A stretch of DNA of 64,000 nt, taken from assembly GCA_963708185.1 (NCBI GenBank), contig OY970195.1:960001-1024000 (forward strand), in the 5' to 3' direction. A program made the position numbers and the translations under genes. The notes beneath the pieces were generated by a model. That model was not told the origin of the DNA. It searched no databases and saw nothing but the letters and a program-made list of their open reading frames with translations. This stretch comes from Candidatus Peregrinibacteria bacterium. Lineage in GTDB: Bacteria; Patescibacteriota; Gracilibacteria; UBA1369. Every line of letters begins with the position of its first letter. Within the stretch, counting starts at the first letter, position 1. Below are positions 20,701-30,268 of this stretch, piece by piece.

Positions 20701-23700
20701 GGATTATTATTTCTTCCTCCCGGCCGACAGCAAGAGCCCGTATGCGTCGCAATGGTTCAGTTTCAGCGATGAAGGGTACTTGTGTTTCTGGGGATGCCAG
20801 GGTCAAACCGAAGTCATCAGCCAGGGTAAGGGGACCCTTGATGCCAACGGTGATTTTACGGTCAACCTTCCGCTCGACATCAAGGACAAAAAAGTCAGTC
20901 AGTTCTATACGCTTGAAGCCACAGCTTACGATTTGAACCATCAGAGCGTATCCAACCGTTCGACTTTCGCGGTCCATCAGGGGGAATACTATGCCGGCAT
21001 CATGAGCCAGGATTACGTTTCTTCAAAGGGCAAGGAGGCGAGCTTCGACGTCATCACCATCGATAAAGACGGCAACCCGGTTGCCGGAAAAACCGTGGAC
21101 GTTTCGCTCTACAAACGTGACTGGAACACCATCAAGAAGAAGCAGGTCGACAGCGATTTCTACTATGACAACAACTACACCGACGTTCTCAAGGAAAAGA
21201 AGACGGTGACGACCGACAGCAAAGGGCATGCCACCGTGAGCTTCACTCCGAACGAAGGCGGCGATTATAAAGTGGGGACGGAATCGACCGACAGCCGGGG
21301 CAACAAGATCACATCGGCAACGGAGATCTACGTGACGTCTTCGGACTTCGTGAACTGGGGACAGGAAAACAACGACCGCATTGAACTGGTTCCAGACAAG
21401 CAGGAATATACGGTCGGCGATACCGCACACATATTGGTGAAGTCGCCGTACCAGAACGTCTATGCGCTGGTAACGTATGAACGCGCTGATGTGGTCTCCA
21501 AGAAGGTGATAAAGATCACTTCGAATTCCCAGACCATTGACGTGCCGATTACCGAGGACGCGCTTCCCAACGAGTTCGTTTCGGTACTGTTGGTCAAAGG
21601 CAACAATACTTCCGCCGGACTGCAGGATCCCGGGACTGAAGTCGACGAACGCGACGTCGCCGCATTCAAACTCGGATATACAACATTGCAAATCAATACA
21701 TCAACCCGCAAGCTCGGCATCGAGGTAACAAGCGACCAGCAAAAATATCATCCCGGTGACAATGTGGATTTGAAGGTTCGTACGGTCGACGCTTCGGGCA
21801 AGCCCGTGAAAGCCGAGGTTTCGATCAGCGTGGTGGACGAGAGCGTTCTTTCGTTGACCGACAACGTCACCGCGGATCTCCTCACCGAGTTTTACCGCAA
21901 GCGTTACCTTGGCGTCGAGACTTCAGAAACCTTGACCAAAGCGTTGTCGCGTTTGAACGTCCAGGTGGAATCGGGTCTCAAGGGAGGAGGAGGAGGAACG
22001 CCGGCAAAACGCGGAACGTTCAAAGATACCGCATACTGGGAAGCCGACGTGAATACCGACGCCAACGGTATGGGTGAAGTGAAGTTCAAGCTTCCGGATA
22101 ATCTGACGACCTGGCAGGTGCTGGCCATCGGCATCACCAACGATACGCTCGTGGGAAGCCAGCGCATGGATTTCGTTGTCACGAAAGACGTCCTGGCGCG
22201 TCCGGTGCTTCCAAGGTTCCTGATCGTGAACGACAGCATGACGGTCGGAACCGTGGTCCATAACTATCTTGACCATGGCGTTGACCTGGATGTAGGGCTT
22301 CAGGCGAGCGGTGTCACGATCAGCGGCAGCGACAAACAGCGCATCCATCTTGATCCCGGGAAAGAGCAACTCGTGAATTTTAACGTCACGGTCCAGGACC
22401 AGCAGGAGGCCGACCTGACGTTCTCGGCCATTGATGCTTCCGACAGTTCGGTCGGCGATGTCGTGGAGAACAAACTGCCGATCCATCCTTTCAGTTTCCC
22501 TGAAGTCGTGGCCACATCCGCCGAAGTTACCGACAATAGCCAACACGTGGAAACCGTGTGGCTGCCGACGGGAATCGATCCGAAGTTCGGCAAACTGACG
22601 ATTTCGGCGGCTTCGACTTTGGCCGGTACTTTTGCCGACGGCATCCAGTATCTTGTCCAGTTCCCTTACGGCTGCGCCGAACAGACCGCGTCTTCTTTGC
22701 TTCCGAACCTCGCCGTGAAAGAGCTCTCCAAACTTCCGGGACTTGGCGTCGAAAAACTGATCGATGAAAAACAACTCCAGAGGAACGTTGAGACCGGCCT
22801 GCAGGCTTTATACACATACCAACAAAGCAACGGAGGATGGGGCCTCTGGGAAAATTCCGAACCGACGCCGTATCTGAGCTCTTATGTGCTTTATACTTTG
22901 TACGAAGCGCAAAAGGCAGGGTATAGCGTCGACCAGAACGTCATAAAACGCGGCACCGACTACGTGAAGAACTCGATCAAGAACCTTCCGCTTTCCAAGG
23001 CAAACCGTTCCAATGCCGACAACCGGTCGTTTGCTTTATTCGTCCTCGCCGAGATGCAGCAGGGAGACCTTGGCCTCAGCAACAATCTTTATGACTTCAA
23101 GGACAACCTCAACCTTTTCGGCAAAGCGTACCTGGTCATGACCTTCGACGACCTTATCAAGCAGCAGTCATTGAGCGGAAGCGTCAAAGACGACGCCGGG
23201 AAAAAAATGGATATGTTGAAAGGCGAGATCCTCAACGTGGCCAAAGAGACTCCGCGAGGTGTTCACTTCGAAGAAACGACCCCTGAATACACCATGTTCG
23301 ACACCAACGCCCGCACGACAGCGCTTGTGCTTCAGATGCTTTCGCGCGTGGACAGTTCCAACGTGATGATTCCGAAAATTTTGAGGAACATGCTCATGGA
23401 AAAGAAGGACGGACATTATTCCACGACGCAGGAAACCGCCGTCAGTCTGCTGGCGCTCGCCGATTACCTCAAAGCCAGCAAAGAGCTCGAGCCGAATTAT
23501 AACGGAGTCATCACGCTCAACAGCGTGGAAAAACTGAATAAGTCTTTCACGCAAAACAACCTGACTGACGTCCAGACCGTCGACATTCCTTTGACCGATC
23601 TGCTCCCGAACAATCAGGATAACGAGATAACGGCTTCCCGCAGCGGAACCGGCAAGATGTACTTTGATATGAACCTTCAGTACTTCCTGCCGACCGATCA

Positions 23701-24193
23701 GATCCAGGCTCGCGACGAAGGCATTTTCGTGAACCAGGAATATTTCTCCCTGAACGACAAAAAGATGGAGAATCCGGTCACGACGGTGAACGTCGGCGAC
23801 AACCTCATGGGAAAAATGACCGTGATCGTTCCAGAGGACCGTTACTACGTGATGGTGGAAGATTATCTTCCGGCCGGGCTTGAAGGCGTAGACTTCAACC
23901 TGCAGACTTCTCAACAATCGCTCCAGGATACGCTGGATTCAAGCGGCGACCAGGCTCCGTGCATGAACTGGGATTGCTGGGAAGAGATGTGGAGATTCAA
24001 CCATTCCGAGGTCCGGGACGACCGTATGATGTTCTTCGCCGACTACCTTCCCAAAGGCGTCTATGAACTCAAGTATGTCGTCAGGGCCACCACCGCCGGC
24101 ACGTTCCATGACCTTCCGGCCCTTGCCCAAGAAACCTACTTCCCCGAGGTATTCGGCCGATCCAGCGGCAGGACATTTACGGTACTTCCATAG
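17780..24193 (+). CDS. Alpha-2-macroglobulin family protein with N-terminal anti-sigma-like cytoplasmic segment, TM helix and Ig-like (Big_5-type) repeats
   Basis: TDRPIYRPG (MG2), LPDNLTTW, thioester PYGCAEQ, STTQET, YVMVEDYLPAGLE, YFPEVFGRS; FSQPMD/FDRPM/FNQPMD Ig repeats; TM WALALAVLVILVVSGVA. Confidence 0.92.
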   Translation: MFFKRKKIRQLNQMLDSAKKPRDLEEVTRAIEDTAPAAARPAFQKQLRQQLLHKYHPMAAAHKEKKTKVHSSNSAPMRGKGWALALAVLVILVVSGVASYPLIPAPEVQGYSLKDTVRNISYNAPIKVVFSQPMDHSSVEQAFKIDPNIEGTFSWENNSLLFMPKEPFKLGDSFKVSVNQSARSIFQKQLPGDYEENFVIVAAPQVTLFSPAPDSEDVPVDAKLTVHFDRPMIPLTSLDQANEKAININVDPPIQGKAKWLGTSSMSFIPDKLAYATHYTVTIPAGTLSDEGGSTDKDFVYSFDTLKPAFETSVPADLDPFNGPKTTIELTFNQIMNLEKAGDYIKIYQYAGSDKDFAKKIQWNGNVYGAPSKNAKLLLTDTVVEQTDKAQWKEIGKTLHYYTADEYRQDYLKDQPQDESSQTQQIDVPASDELQKTLVLAPSQPLAEDSVFLVQILKDFPGAEGTFGLPDDQSMIIKTVGALDVVSTSPENNAKDVRDSVVSVTFNQPMDEASLQDKVMIEPKAMDDNNQEQKPEVTVSGDGLEMDIHYPFLPSTSYTLTVKQGGKSLYGKNYDKDIVVAFKTAQLDPSFSLVSSPDISVLDATKPRVYYVKSTNVDLLHLEFKKLSDDEFNNFYSKGYVDNNYRPDSGYTSFDVTPQRDFNKKVVTKLDLDKALGTALTPGYYYFEMTSPQVFNTDYNGNRHPQVNKQVFVLTSNALATKLSRNQLLVWATSMKEGAPVEGMNIQAKNTSDGTVYNGTTDKDGLVTFQLPQKDNNDYTGEYMVTGRVGDDVTLTHSTWSEGVSPWNFNIDYSSYAEKYFVYMYTDRPIYRPGDAIEFKGLVRINDDLHYSLPDRSKIHVSVHDADDQEVFSRDIDINKNGTFNGELQLGDQASTGYYQITASLAAAGEPTYSHSFYQSFQVAAYRKPDYKMTVTPDKDSYVNGETAKVNVNGQYFFGAPLANAPVEWTVKSQDYYFFLPADSKSPYASQWFSFSDEGYLCFWGCQGQTEVISQGKGTLDANGDFTVNLPLDIKDKKVSQFYTLEATAYDLNHQSVSNRSTFAVHQGEYYAGIMSQDYVSSKGKEASFDVITIDKDGNPVAGKTVDVSLYKRDWNTIKKKQVDSDFYYDNNYTDVLKEKKTVTTDSKGHATVSFTPNEGGDYKVGTESTDSRGNKITSATEIYVTSSDFVNWGQENNDRIELVPDKQEYTVGDTAHILVKSPYQNVYALVTYERADVVSKKVIKITSNSQTIDVPITEDALPNEFVSVLLVKGNNTSAGLQDPGTEVDERDVAAFKLGYTTLQINTSTRKLGIEVTSDQQKYHPGDNVDLKVRTVDASGKPVKAEVSISVVDESVLSLTDNVTADLLTEFYRKRYLGVETSETLTKALSRLNVQVESGLKGGGGGTPAKRGTFKDTAYWEADVNTDANGMGEVKFKLPDNLTTWQVLAIGITNDTLVGSQRMDFVVTKDVLARPVLPRFLIVNDSMTVGTVVHNYLDHGVDLDVGLQASGVTISGSDKQRIHLDPGKEQLVNFNVTVQDQQEADLTFSAIDASDSSVGDVVENKLPIHPFSFPEVVATSAEVTDNSQHVETVWLPTGIDPKFGKLTISAASTLAGTFADGIQYLVQFPYGCAEQTASSLLPNLAVKELSKLPGLGVEKLIDEKQLQRNVETGLQALYTYQQSNGGWGLWENSEPTPYLSSYVLYTLYEAQKAGYSVDQNVIKRGTDYVKNSIKNLPLSKANRSNADNRSFALFVLAEMQQGDLGLSNNLYDFKDNLNLFGKAYLVMTFDDLIKQQSLSGSVKDDAGKKMDMLKGEILNVAKETPRGVHFEETTPEYTMFDTNARTTALVLQMLSRVDSSNVMIPKILRNMLMEKKDGHYSTTQETAVSLLALADYLKASKELEPNYNGVITLNSVEKLNKSFTQNNLTDVQTVDIPLTDLLPNNQDNEITASRSGTGKMYFDMNLQYFLPTDQIQARDEGIFVNQEYFSLNDKKMENPVTTVNVGDNLMGKMTVIVPEDRYYVMVEDYLPAGLEGVDFNLQTSQQSLQDTLDSSGDQAPCMNWDCWEEMWRFNHSEVRDDRMMFFADYLPKGVYELKYVVRATTAGTFHDLPALAQETYFPEVFGRSSGRTFTVLP

Positions 24194-24210
24194 GACTTTT
24201 AAGGATTTTC

Positions 24211-24246
24211 AAAAGAACCCGGTCTTTCCACCGGGTTCTTTTTTTT
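24211..24246 (+). terminator. Rho-independent terminator after the A2M gene
   Basis: AAAAGAACCCGGT-CTTTCC-ACCGGGTTCTTTTTTTT. Confidence 0.88.
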
Positions 24247-24282
24247 ATGGTATAATCTCAACTGCATTTTGTCATCCGAGAC

Positions 24283-24951
24283 ATGAAAAAAAAGAATAAA
24301 GAAAAATCTCTACGCAAAGAAATCCTGCGGAAACTTTTTCATCTGATGGAGGTGCCTGTTCTTATCGGTTACACCATCATCAGGCATTATTTCAATGAAC
24401 GTCTCGCCACGCTCATCATCACCGTGCTTTTTCTCCTGCTGCTTGAAATCGAGTACATCCGTCTGGAATACCACCCAAAGATCCCGGAAATGTTTGACGT
24501 CCTCCGCCATAAAGAACAAAACAACATTACCGGAACGATTTTTTTCATCGCCGCCACGATCATCGTGTTTGCGGCCTTTGATTATCCTATCGCGGTGACG
24601 GCTCTTCTGCTGACGGTGTTCGGAGATCTCGCGGCGGCGCTGGTCGGCATCAAGTTCGGAACGATCTTTCTTCACAAGGATAAAACCCTTCAGGGACTCT
24701 TGGCCGGCTTTACGATGAACTGCGTCATCGGGTATCTTTTTCTTCCCGACTACCCGCTCATTTTTATTCCAATGGCGGTGGTGGCGAGCGTCGTGGAACT
24801 GCTTACCGGCAAACTTGACGATAACCTGACCGTCCCTCTTTTTTCAGCATTCACGGGCCAGATTATGGCATACCTCACCAACGCTCCCCTCACGACTTTC
24901 CCGGGACACGCCGTGGGATCGATCCTGAATTTCTTTGTCAATTTCCATTGA
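24283..24951 (+). CDS. CTP-dependent polyprenol/diacylglycerol kinase family (SEC59/DGK1/VTE5)
   Basis: EILRKLFH, GDLAAALVG, KTLQG, DDNLTVP; multi-TM. Confidence 0.85.
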   Translation: MKKKNKEKSLRKEILRKLFHLMEVPVLIGYTIIRHYFNERLATLIITVLFLLLLEIEYIRLEYHPKIPEMFDVLRHKEQNNITGTIFFIAATIIVFAAFDYPIAVTALLLTVFGDLAAALVGIKFGTIFLHKDKTLQGLLAGFTMNCVIGYLFLPDYPLIFIPMAVVASVVELLTGKLDDNLTVPLFSAFTGQIMAYLTNAPLTTFPGHAVGSILNFFVNFH

Positions 24952-25009
24952 TTTGTCATCCGGAGAGTTCTTGCTATACTGAGCGCGAACTGCTTCTTAT
25001 TTTTCGCTT

Positions 25010-27733
25010 ATGTTGAAAATATCTGCACACACTTCTGTTCGGAAACGGAAGGTCGTTTCGGGTACACGGAAAAACATCAGGCCTCATACACGCCAAGAGT
25101 CCACATCCAAGAACTCCGCCGATTTGAGAACCATGCTGGCATTCGAAGAAGGCAGGAAAGAGATGAAGGATCTGCTCGGAGGAAAAGGGGCGAACCTCGC
25201 GGAAATGAGCCGATTAAAACTTCCAGTACCTCCGGGTTTTACCATTACCACCGACGTCTGCAGGTTTTATCTTGCCAAAGCCAAATACCCAAAAACTTTT
25301 GAAAACGACCTCAAAAAACAGATGGTGATGCTCGAGAAGAAAATCGGCAAAACATTCGGCGATGCCGAAAATCCCCTCCTGGTGTCCGTGCGTTCCGGAG
25401 GCTCCGGTTTCAATGCCGGGGATGATGGATACGATTTTGAACCTGGGACTGAACGATCAAACCGTCCGGGGCTCATTGCAAAGACTGGCAACGAAAGGTT
25501 CTGTTACGATTCTTACCGGCGTTTTATCAACATGTTCGGCAACGTGGTTCTGGGAATCAGTCACGAGGCTTTTGAACATGAACTTGATGAGATCAAACAT
25601 CATCGGGGCGCGACCGTGGACACGGAACTCACCACGGAGGACCTGCAGCTCGCGGTGAAAAAATTCAAGGCCGTGGTCAAGAAAGAGGCCGGTCGCGCCT
25701 TCCCTGAAGATCCGCAAGAGCAGCTGAAGCTCGCCATCGACGCGGTTTTTGACTCCTGGAACAATGATCGCGCCATCACCTATCGCCGCATCCACAACAT
25801 CCGTGCCGATATCGGTACGGCGGTGAACGTCCAGGCCATGGTGTTCGGCAATATGGGCAATACTTCCGGTACCGGCGTGGCGTTCACGCGCAATCCGGCC
25901 ACCGGAGAAAAACGCTTTTACGGTGAGTTCATGATCAACGCCCAGGGAGAAGACGTGGTGGCCGGGATACGGACACCCCAGACACTCGATGAGATGAAAG
26001 ACGTTCTTCCGGATGTCTTCAACGAACTCATCAGGGTCCGTGAAACTCTGGAAAAACATTATCGCGACATGCAAGACATCGAGTTCACGATCCAGGAAGG
26101 AAAACTCTTCATGCTGCAAACACGCAACGGCAAGCGCGCGGCAAGGGCCGCGGCAAAAATCGCCGTGGACATGGTCAACGAAAAATTTATCACCAAAAAA
26201 GAGGCGCTGCTTCGTATTGACGCTTCCGCGTTGAATCAGCTTCTGCATCCCGACCTTGATCCCGCGGCCGCGAAAAACGTCATCGCCAAAGGGCTTGCCG
26301 CTTCGCCAGGTGCGGCGGTGGGCAAGGTGGTTTTCAGCGCCGACGATGCCAACGAATGGGTCACCAACCGCAAAGAAAAAGTCATTCTTGTCCGCAAGGA
26401 GACCAGTCCCGAAGATATTCACGGGATGCATCTTGCCGAAGGTATTTTAACTTCCACAGGAGGAGCGACTTCCCACGCCGCCGTGGTCTGCCGCGGCATG
26501 GGCAAATGCTGCGTAGCAGGATGTTCCGATATTATCGTGGACTCCAAAAATAAAAGGTTCATTGCCGGGCATACGGTGGTCTACGAAGGCGATACCATCA
26601 CGCTTAACGGAACCACCGGCGAAGTGATGCTCGGTGCCGTTCCGATGATCAAAGCCGGCGTCAGTGAAGATTTTGAAAAGATCCTTTCCTGGGCTGACGA
26701 GCACAGAACACTTGAAGTCCGCACCAACGCCGACACTCCGCATGACGCGCAGGTGGCCAGAAAATTCGGCGCGGAAGGTATCGGCCTTTGCCGCACCGAA
26801 CACATGTTCTTCGACGAAGCCCGCATCAAAGTCGTCCGTGAAATGATTCTTGCCAAAGATCTGGAAGGCCGCCAGAAAGCTCTGGCGAAACTGCTCCCCA
26901 TGCAGAAGGAAGATTTTGTGGGAATTTTTGAAGCCATGGACGGGTTACCCGTTACCATCAGGTTGCTTGATCCGCCTCTTCACGAATTTTTACCGCAAAA
27001 GGAATCGCAACTGGAAGAGCTGGCTCAGGAAACCGGCATGGATTTTGAGGAGCTCAAACGGTTCAAGGACAGTCTCCACGAAGTGAATCCGATGCTCGGA
27101 CACCGCGGCTGCCGTCTGGGCATCACCTATCCCGAAATTTACGAAATGCAGGTTCAGGCCATTCTGGAGGCGGGTATTCACGCCAGCCGCGCAGGTGTGA
27201 AAGTTCTTCCTGAAATCGAAGTTCCCCTGGTGGGGCACGTGGAAGAACTCCGCAGCGTGCGAAAAATGATTGAAGAGATGTCGTCACGCTACGCCAAAGA
27301 TATTTCTTTCAAATACAAGATCGGCACGATGATCGAACTTCCCCGTGCATGCCTTACCGCCGATGAACTGGCTCCTGAAGCCGACTTTTTCTCTTTCGGC
27401 ACCAACGACCTCACTCAGACGACTTTCGGATTGTCCCGAGACGATTCCGGAAAATTCATGAACGAATACGTTGACCGCAGCATCTGGGAACGCGACCCGG
27501 CCGCCGGGATCGACGAAAAAGGCGTCGGAAAACTCATGAAGATCTGCATTGAACTTTCGCGTTCCGTAAAGCCGAAAATGGAGATCGGCATCTGCGGCGA
27601 ACAGGGCGGTGATCCTGAGTCCGTTAAATTCTGCCACAAGATCGGATTGAATTACGTCAGCTGTTCGCCGTACCGCGTGCCCATCGCGCGTGTGGCGGCC
27701 GCACAGGCGGCGCTGATGGAGGAGGCGGCTTAG
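25010..27733 (+). CDS. ppdK: Pyruvate, phosphate dikinase (two compensating single-base indels at about 25400 and 25470)
   Basis: LLGGKGANLAEM, VPPGFTITT, AQGEDVVAG, GATSHAAVV, GIGLCRTEHM, FSFGTNDLTQ; the conserved SMPGMMDTILNLGLND lies in a shifted frame (ORF 25362..25658); start could be 25133. Confidence 0.95.
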   Translation: MLKISAHTSVRKRKVVSGTRKNIRPHTRQESTSKNSADLRTMLAFEEGRKEMKDLLGGKGANLAEMSRLKLPVPPGFTITTDVCRFYLAKAKYPKTFENDLKKQMVMLEKKIGKTFGDAENPLLVSVRSGGSGFNAGDDGYDFEPGTERSNRPGLIAKTGNERFCYDSYRRFINMFGNVVLGISHEAFEHELDEIKHHRGATVDTELTTEDLQLAVKKFKAVVKKEAGRAFPEDPQEQLKLAIDAVFDSWNNDRAITYRRIHNIRADIGTAVNVQAMVFGNMGNTSGTGVAFTRNPATGEKRFYGEFMINAQGEDVVAGIRTPQTLDEMKDVLPDVFNELIRVRETLEKHYRDMQDIEFTIQEGKLFMLQTRNGKRAARAAAKIAVDMVNEKFITKKEALLRIDASALNQLLHPDLDPAAAKNVIAKGLAASPGAAVGKVVFSADDANEWVTNRKEKVILVRKETSPEDIHGMHLAEGILTSTGGATSHAAVVCRGMGKCCVAGCSDIIVDSKNKRFIAGHTVVYEGDTITLNGTTGEVMLGAVPMIKAGVSEDFEKILSWADEHRTLEVRTNADTPHDAQVARKFGAEGIGLCRTEHMFFDEARIKVVREMILAKDLEGRQKALAKLLPMQKEDFVGIFEAMDGLPVTIRLLDPPLHEFLPQKESQLEELAQETGMDFEELKRFKDSLHEVNPMLGHRGCRLGITYPEIYEMQVQAILEAGIHASRAGVKVLPEIEVPLVGHVEELRSVRKMIEEMSSRYAKDISFKYKIGTMIELPRACLTADELAPEADFFSFGTNDLTQTTFGLSRDDSGKFMNEYVDRSIWERDPAAGIDEKGVGKLMKICIELSRSVKPKMEIGICGEQGGDPESVKFCHKIGLNYVSCSPYRVPIARVAAAQAALMEEAA

Positions 27734-28140
27734 CTCAGGACTTTCTTACTTCTTGTGCCGTATTGTGCGGTCAATGCTTCAACAAGGGACCGTTCGTTTT
27801 CCGCAATAACAGGTTTGGCAAACTGTTCAAACTGTTCGAGTGTCGCGGGATCGTTTGCTATCCATATTGCTATCTCGACCACCCTTGCGGAAGGAGGCAT
27901 AGCGCCTGACATGAAAAGCACTTTTTCCCTTTCCGTAGGCCCAAGGATTCCCTCAGGCAATTTCGCTTCCGCTTTTTTAACGATGTTCATGAGGGCCGTG
28001 GGGGCATGGGTAAAATTCTCAGCCAGGAACATCCACAGCTGCATATCCGGTTCCTGCAAATTTTTCAGAATGTCGGCAGCGGCTTCCGTGGTGAGGGATT
28101 CAAAACCGGGACTTAATTCATCAATCTTTTTTTCAGACAT
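27730..28140 (-). CDS. Hypothetical protein
   Basis: 136-aa ORF MSEKKIDELSPG..., ATG 10 nt after the NAD kinase stop. Confidence 0.6.
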   Translation of the reverse strand: MSEKKIDELSPGFESLTTEAAADILKNLQEPDMQLWMFLAENFTHAPTALMNIVKKAEAKLPEGILGPTEREKVLFMSGAMPPSARVVEIAIWIANDPATLEQFEQFAKPVIAENERSLVEALTAQYGTRSKKVLS

Positions 28141-28150
28141 GTTCTTTGGG

Positions 28151-29056
28151 TTATTCGCCAAATTGTTCGCCCCAGCGGAGTTTGTCACGGAGCATCTTGT
28201 AGTAATTGCCTCCCTTGAGCCTGACCAAATGAAAATAGCGGCTGGACTTGCGGATTTTCACTTCGTCTCCATATTCCAGTTTGATGGTTTCCTGGCCGTC
28301 GAGGGTCAGTCCCACGTTTTCTCCTTCGTGGCGACGGCGAGTATGTAAAGCGATTTTGAGCTGTCGGTCATTGGGGATGACGATGGGACGGATGGAAAGC
28401 GTGGCAGGACAGATCGGCGTAAGAATGATTGCCGGGAGCGAAGGGTGGACAATCGGTCCGCCGGCGGAAAGCGAATGTCCGGTCGAGCCGGTCGGAGAAC
28501 TGATGATAAGGCCGTCGGCATGGAAGGTGATGACCTTGCGCTGGTTGATGGAGACGTCCAGCTCGATAAGTCTTGCAAACGATCCCTGGTTAATGACGGC
28601 GTCGTTCAAAGCCAGGAAAGTGTTGAATTTCTGCCCCTGGCGGTAGATGGTCACACGGAGGATGGATCGTTTGTCGATGACGTAGCGGTTGTGCAGGACT
28701 TCGATGAGATCATGCTCGATGTTCTGGGGTTTTGATTCGGTCAAAATTCCCAGATTCCCGAAATTGAAACCCATGACGAGGGTCGTCTTTTTGCCCATGC
28801 GGCGGGCCGTTTTGAGGAGCGTTCCATCTCCTCCCATAACGACGACGAGGTCGCATTTCTGCAGCAGCACAGTTTTCTTGAACCCTTCGCTTCGATCAAA
28901 AAGCGGCGCCGTATTGGTGTCGTAAAAAATTTTTTTGTCGTGTTTTTTGAGTACCCGGATGACCTCTTTGATGTATCCCAGATGTTCTTTATTGTTCCTC
29001 TTGGTAATGATACCTACCGTCGTAATCTTTTTCTTGATGGGATCGACGAGCGTCAT
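28151..29056 (-). CDS. nadK: NAD(+) kinase
   Basis: GGDGTLL, NFGNLG, ALND, ADGLIISSPTGSTGHSLSAGGP, DGQ. Confidence 0.95.
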   Translation of the reverse strand: MTLVDPIKKKITTVGIITKRNNKEHLGYIKEVIRVLKKHDKKIFYDTNTAPLFDRSEGFKKTVLLQKCDLVVVMGGDGTLLKTARRMGKKTTLVMGFNFGNLGILTESKPQNIEHDLIEVLHNRYVIDKRSILRVTIYRQGQKFNTFLALNDAVINQGSFARLIELDVSINQRKVITFHADGLIISSPTGSTGHSLSAGGPIVHPSLPAIILTPICPATLSIRPIVIPNDRQLKIALHTRRRHEGENVGLTLDGQETIKLEYGDEVKIRKSSRYFHLVRLKGGNYYKMLRDKLRWGEQFGE

Positions 29057-29114
29057 GGTGAGTTGAAAAGGTTACTGGAAACAGTATAGAAGTTTCGTCG
29101 CAAATTGCCAATTT

Positions 29115-30176
29115 TTAAACCTTTCTGCCTGACTTTTTGCCCTTCTTTCTGCGGAGAACGAGCAGTATTGCTCCCGCGCCGATCAGTAACGCTCCGCCAG
29201 GCTGCTGTTCACTGTCACTCTGATGTGAAGAAGCAATGTAACAGCCGATGGTTTCGGGATGGTCGATATCAAGAGGGATTTTCAAAGGAGTGTCTCCTTT
29301 TTGAAGCGTGAACTGTTCCTGTCTGCCTTCCTGGGTAATCAACGACTGGCCTTCGACGGGAACGACCGACACGTAGTGCATCTTTTTCCCGGTCGTTGCG
29401 TCGATTTCGGGAGCAAGATACTGGACGAGGACTTTCCCGTTCGTCACGATGTGAAGAGACGCTTCACCAAGCATGACTGTTTCGGTTTGAGAGTTGGCGG
29501 CGTCCTTCACCATTTCGACGCAAAGCTTTCCTTCCTTCATGTAAATCTTATTCTGATCATTGGGTGATCCGTAGACTTCTCCACGGATCTTCATAGCAGC
29601 CTCGGGAGCCCATGGTTGGGTCAAAAAGCAATCCCGGGGAATTCCCTGGCTGTCGAGAAGCGTGTGGCCGATAATGTGTGTGGTGCCGTCGGCATCTGCG
29701 ACAAATTCACAGGGGTTGCCGTTGGATTGAGGAATCTTGTCTTTGGACAGATCCTGATCAAAGGATTCCGGCCCGCATAAATCCTCCACGAGAGGAACAC
29801 CTCCGTCGGTATCCAGAGCGTCGGTTGCGCCACCTTCCCCTGGGCCAGCCGGTGCCGGGCCGCCCATCGGATCGGGTTCGTCCGAATCGCGGTTTTTCCT
29901 GGCTTCTTCTTTTTTGTCTTTTTTCACCATGACCGGCGGAACACGCGGAGTTTTCGGTCCCTGCTTGTTCTCGTCAGATTCAGGCATTCTTTTGACTGCC
30001 GGGGGTGTCGTCGCGACGATAGCCGCCGTGGCAACGGCGGTCGCGATCATGAGCGGACGGCTGCTGGATCTTCCAGGTGCTCTGCTTTTTCGATCTTCCA
30101 CCTCCGTGGCGGGAGGGGTTTCGTCGACATGATCTTCCAGCTGTGGGAGACCGTTTTCAGGTCGTTCGTTTGGCAT
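29115..30176 (-). CDS. Surface protein with long N-terminal leader, degenerate FecR-like domain and MYXO-CTERM-like C-terminal anchor
   Basis: C-terminus GCYIASSH...GGALLIGAGAILLVLRRKK; IYMKEGKL..V, VSVVPVEGQS..I, FTLQKG FecR-like strands; DxDGG linker. Confidence 0.6.
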   Translation of the reverse strand: MPNERPENGLPQLEDHVDETPPATEVEDRKSRAPGRSSSRPLMIATAVATAAIVATTPPAVKRMPESDENKQGPKTPRVPPVMVKKDKKEEARKNRDSDEPDPMGGPAPAGPGEGGATDALDTDGGVPLVEDLCGPESFDQDLSKDKIPQSNGNPCEFVADADGTTHIIGHTLLDSQGIPRDCFLTQPWAPEAAMKIRGEVYGSPNDQNKIYMKEGKLCVEMVKDAANSQTETVMLGEASLHIVTNGKVLVQYLAPEIDATTGKKMHYVSVVPVEGQSLITQEGRQEQFTLQKGDTPLKIPLDIDHPETIGCYIASSHQSDSEQQPGGALLIGAGAILLVLRRKKGKKSGRKV

Positions 30177-30268
30177 GATTTGAACACAAAAGTTACGGTG
30201 GGATATTATAATGATTTTAGCTTGAAATGCAATGCGAAAAGTGTTAGTCTGCGGGTGGACATAACTGT

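Noticed and set aside
17930-23917. Long antisense ORFs (e.g. 17930..19084, 19817..20977; also 5648..6871, 48470..49501, 61760..62959)
   Set aside because: Shadow frames of well-supported genes caused by codon bias; no recognisable motifs
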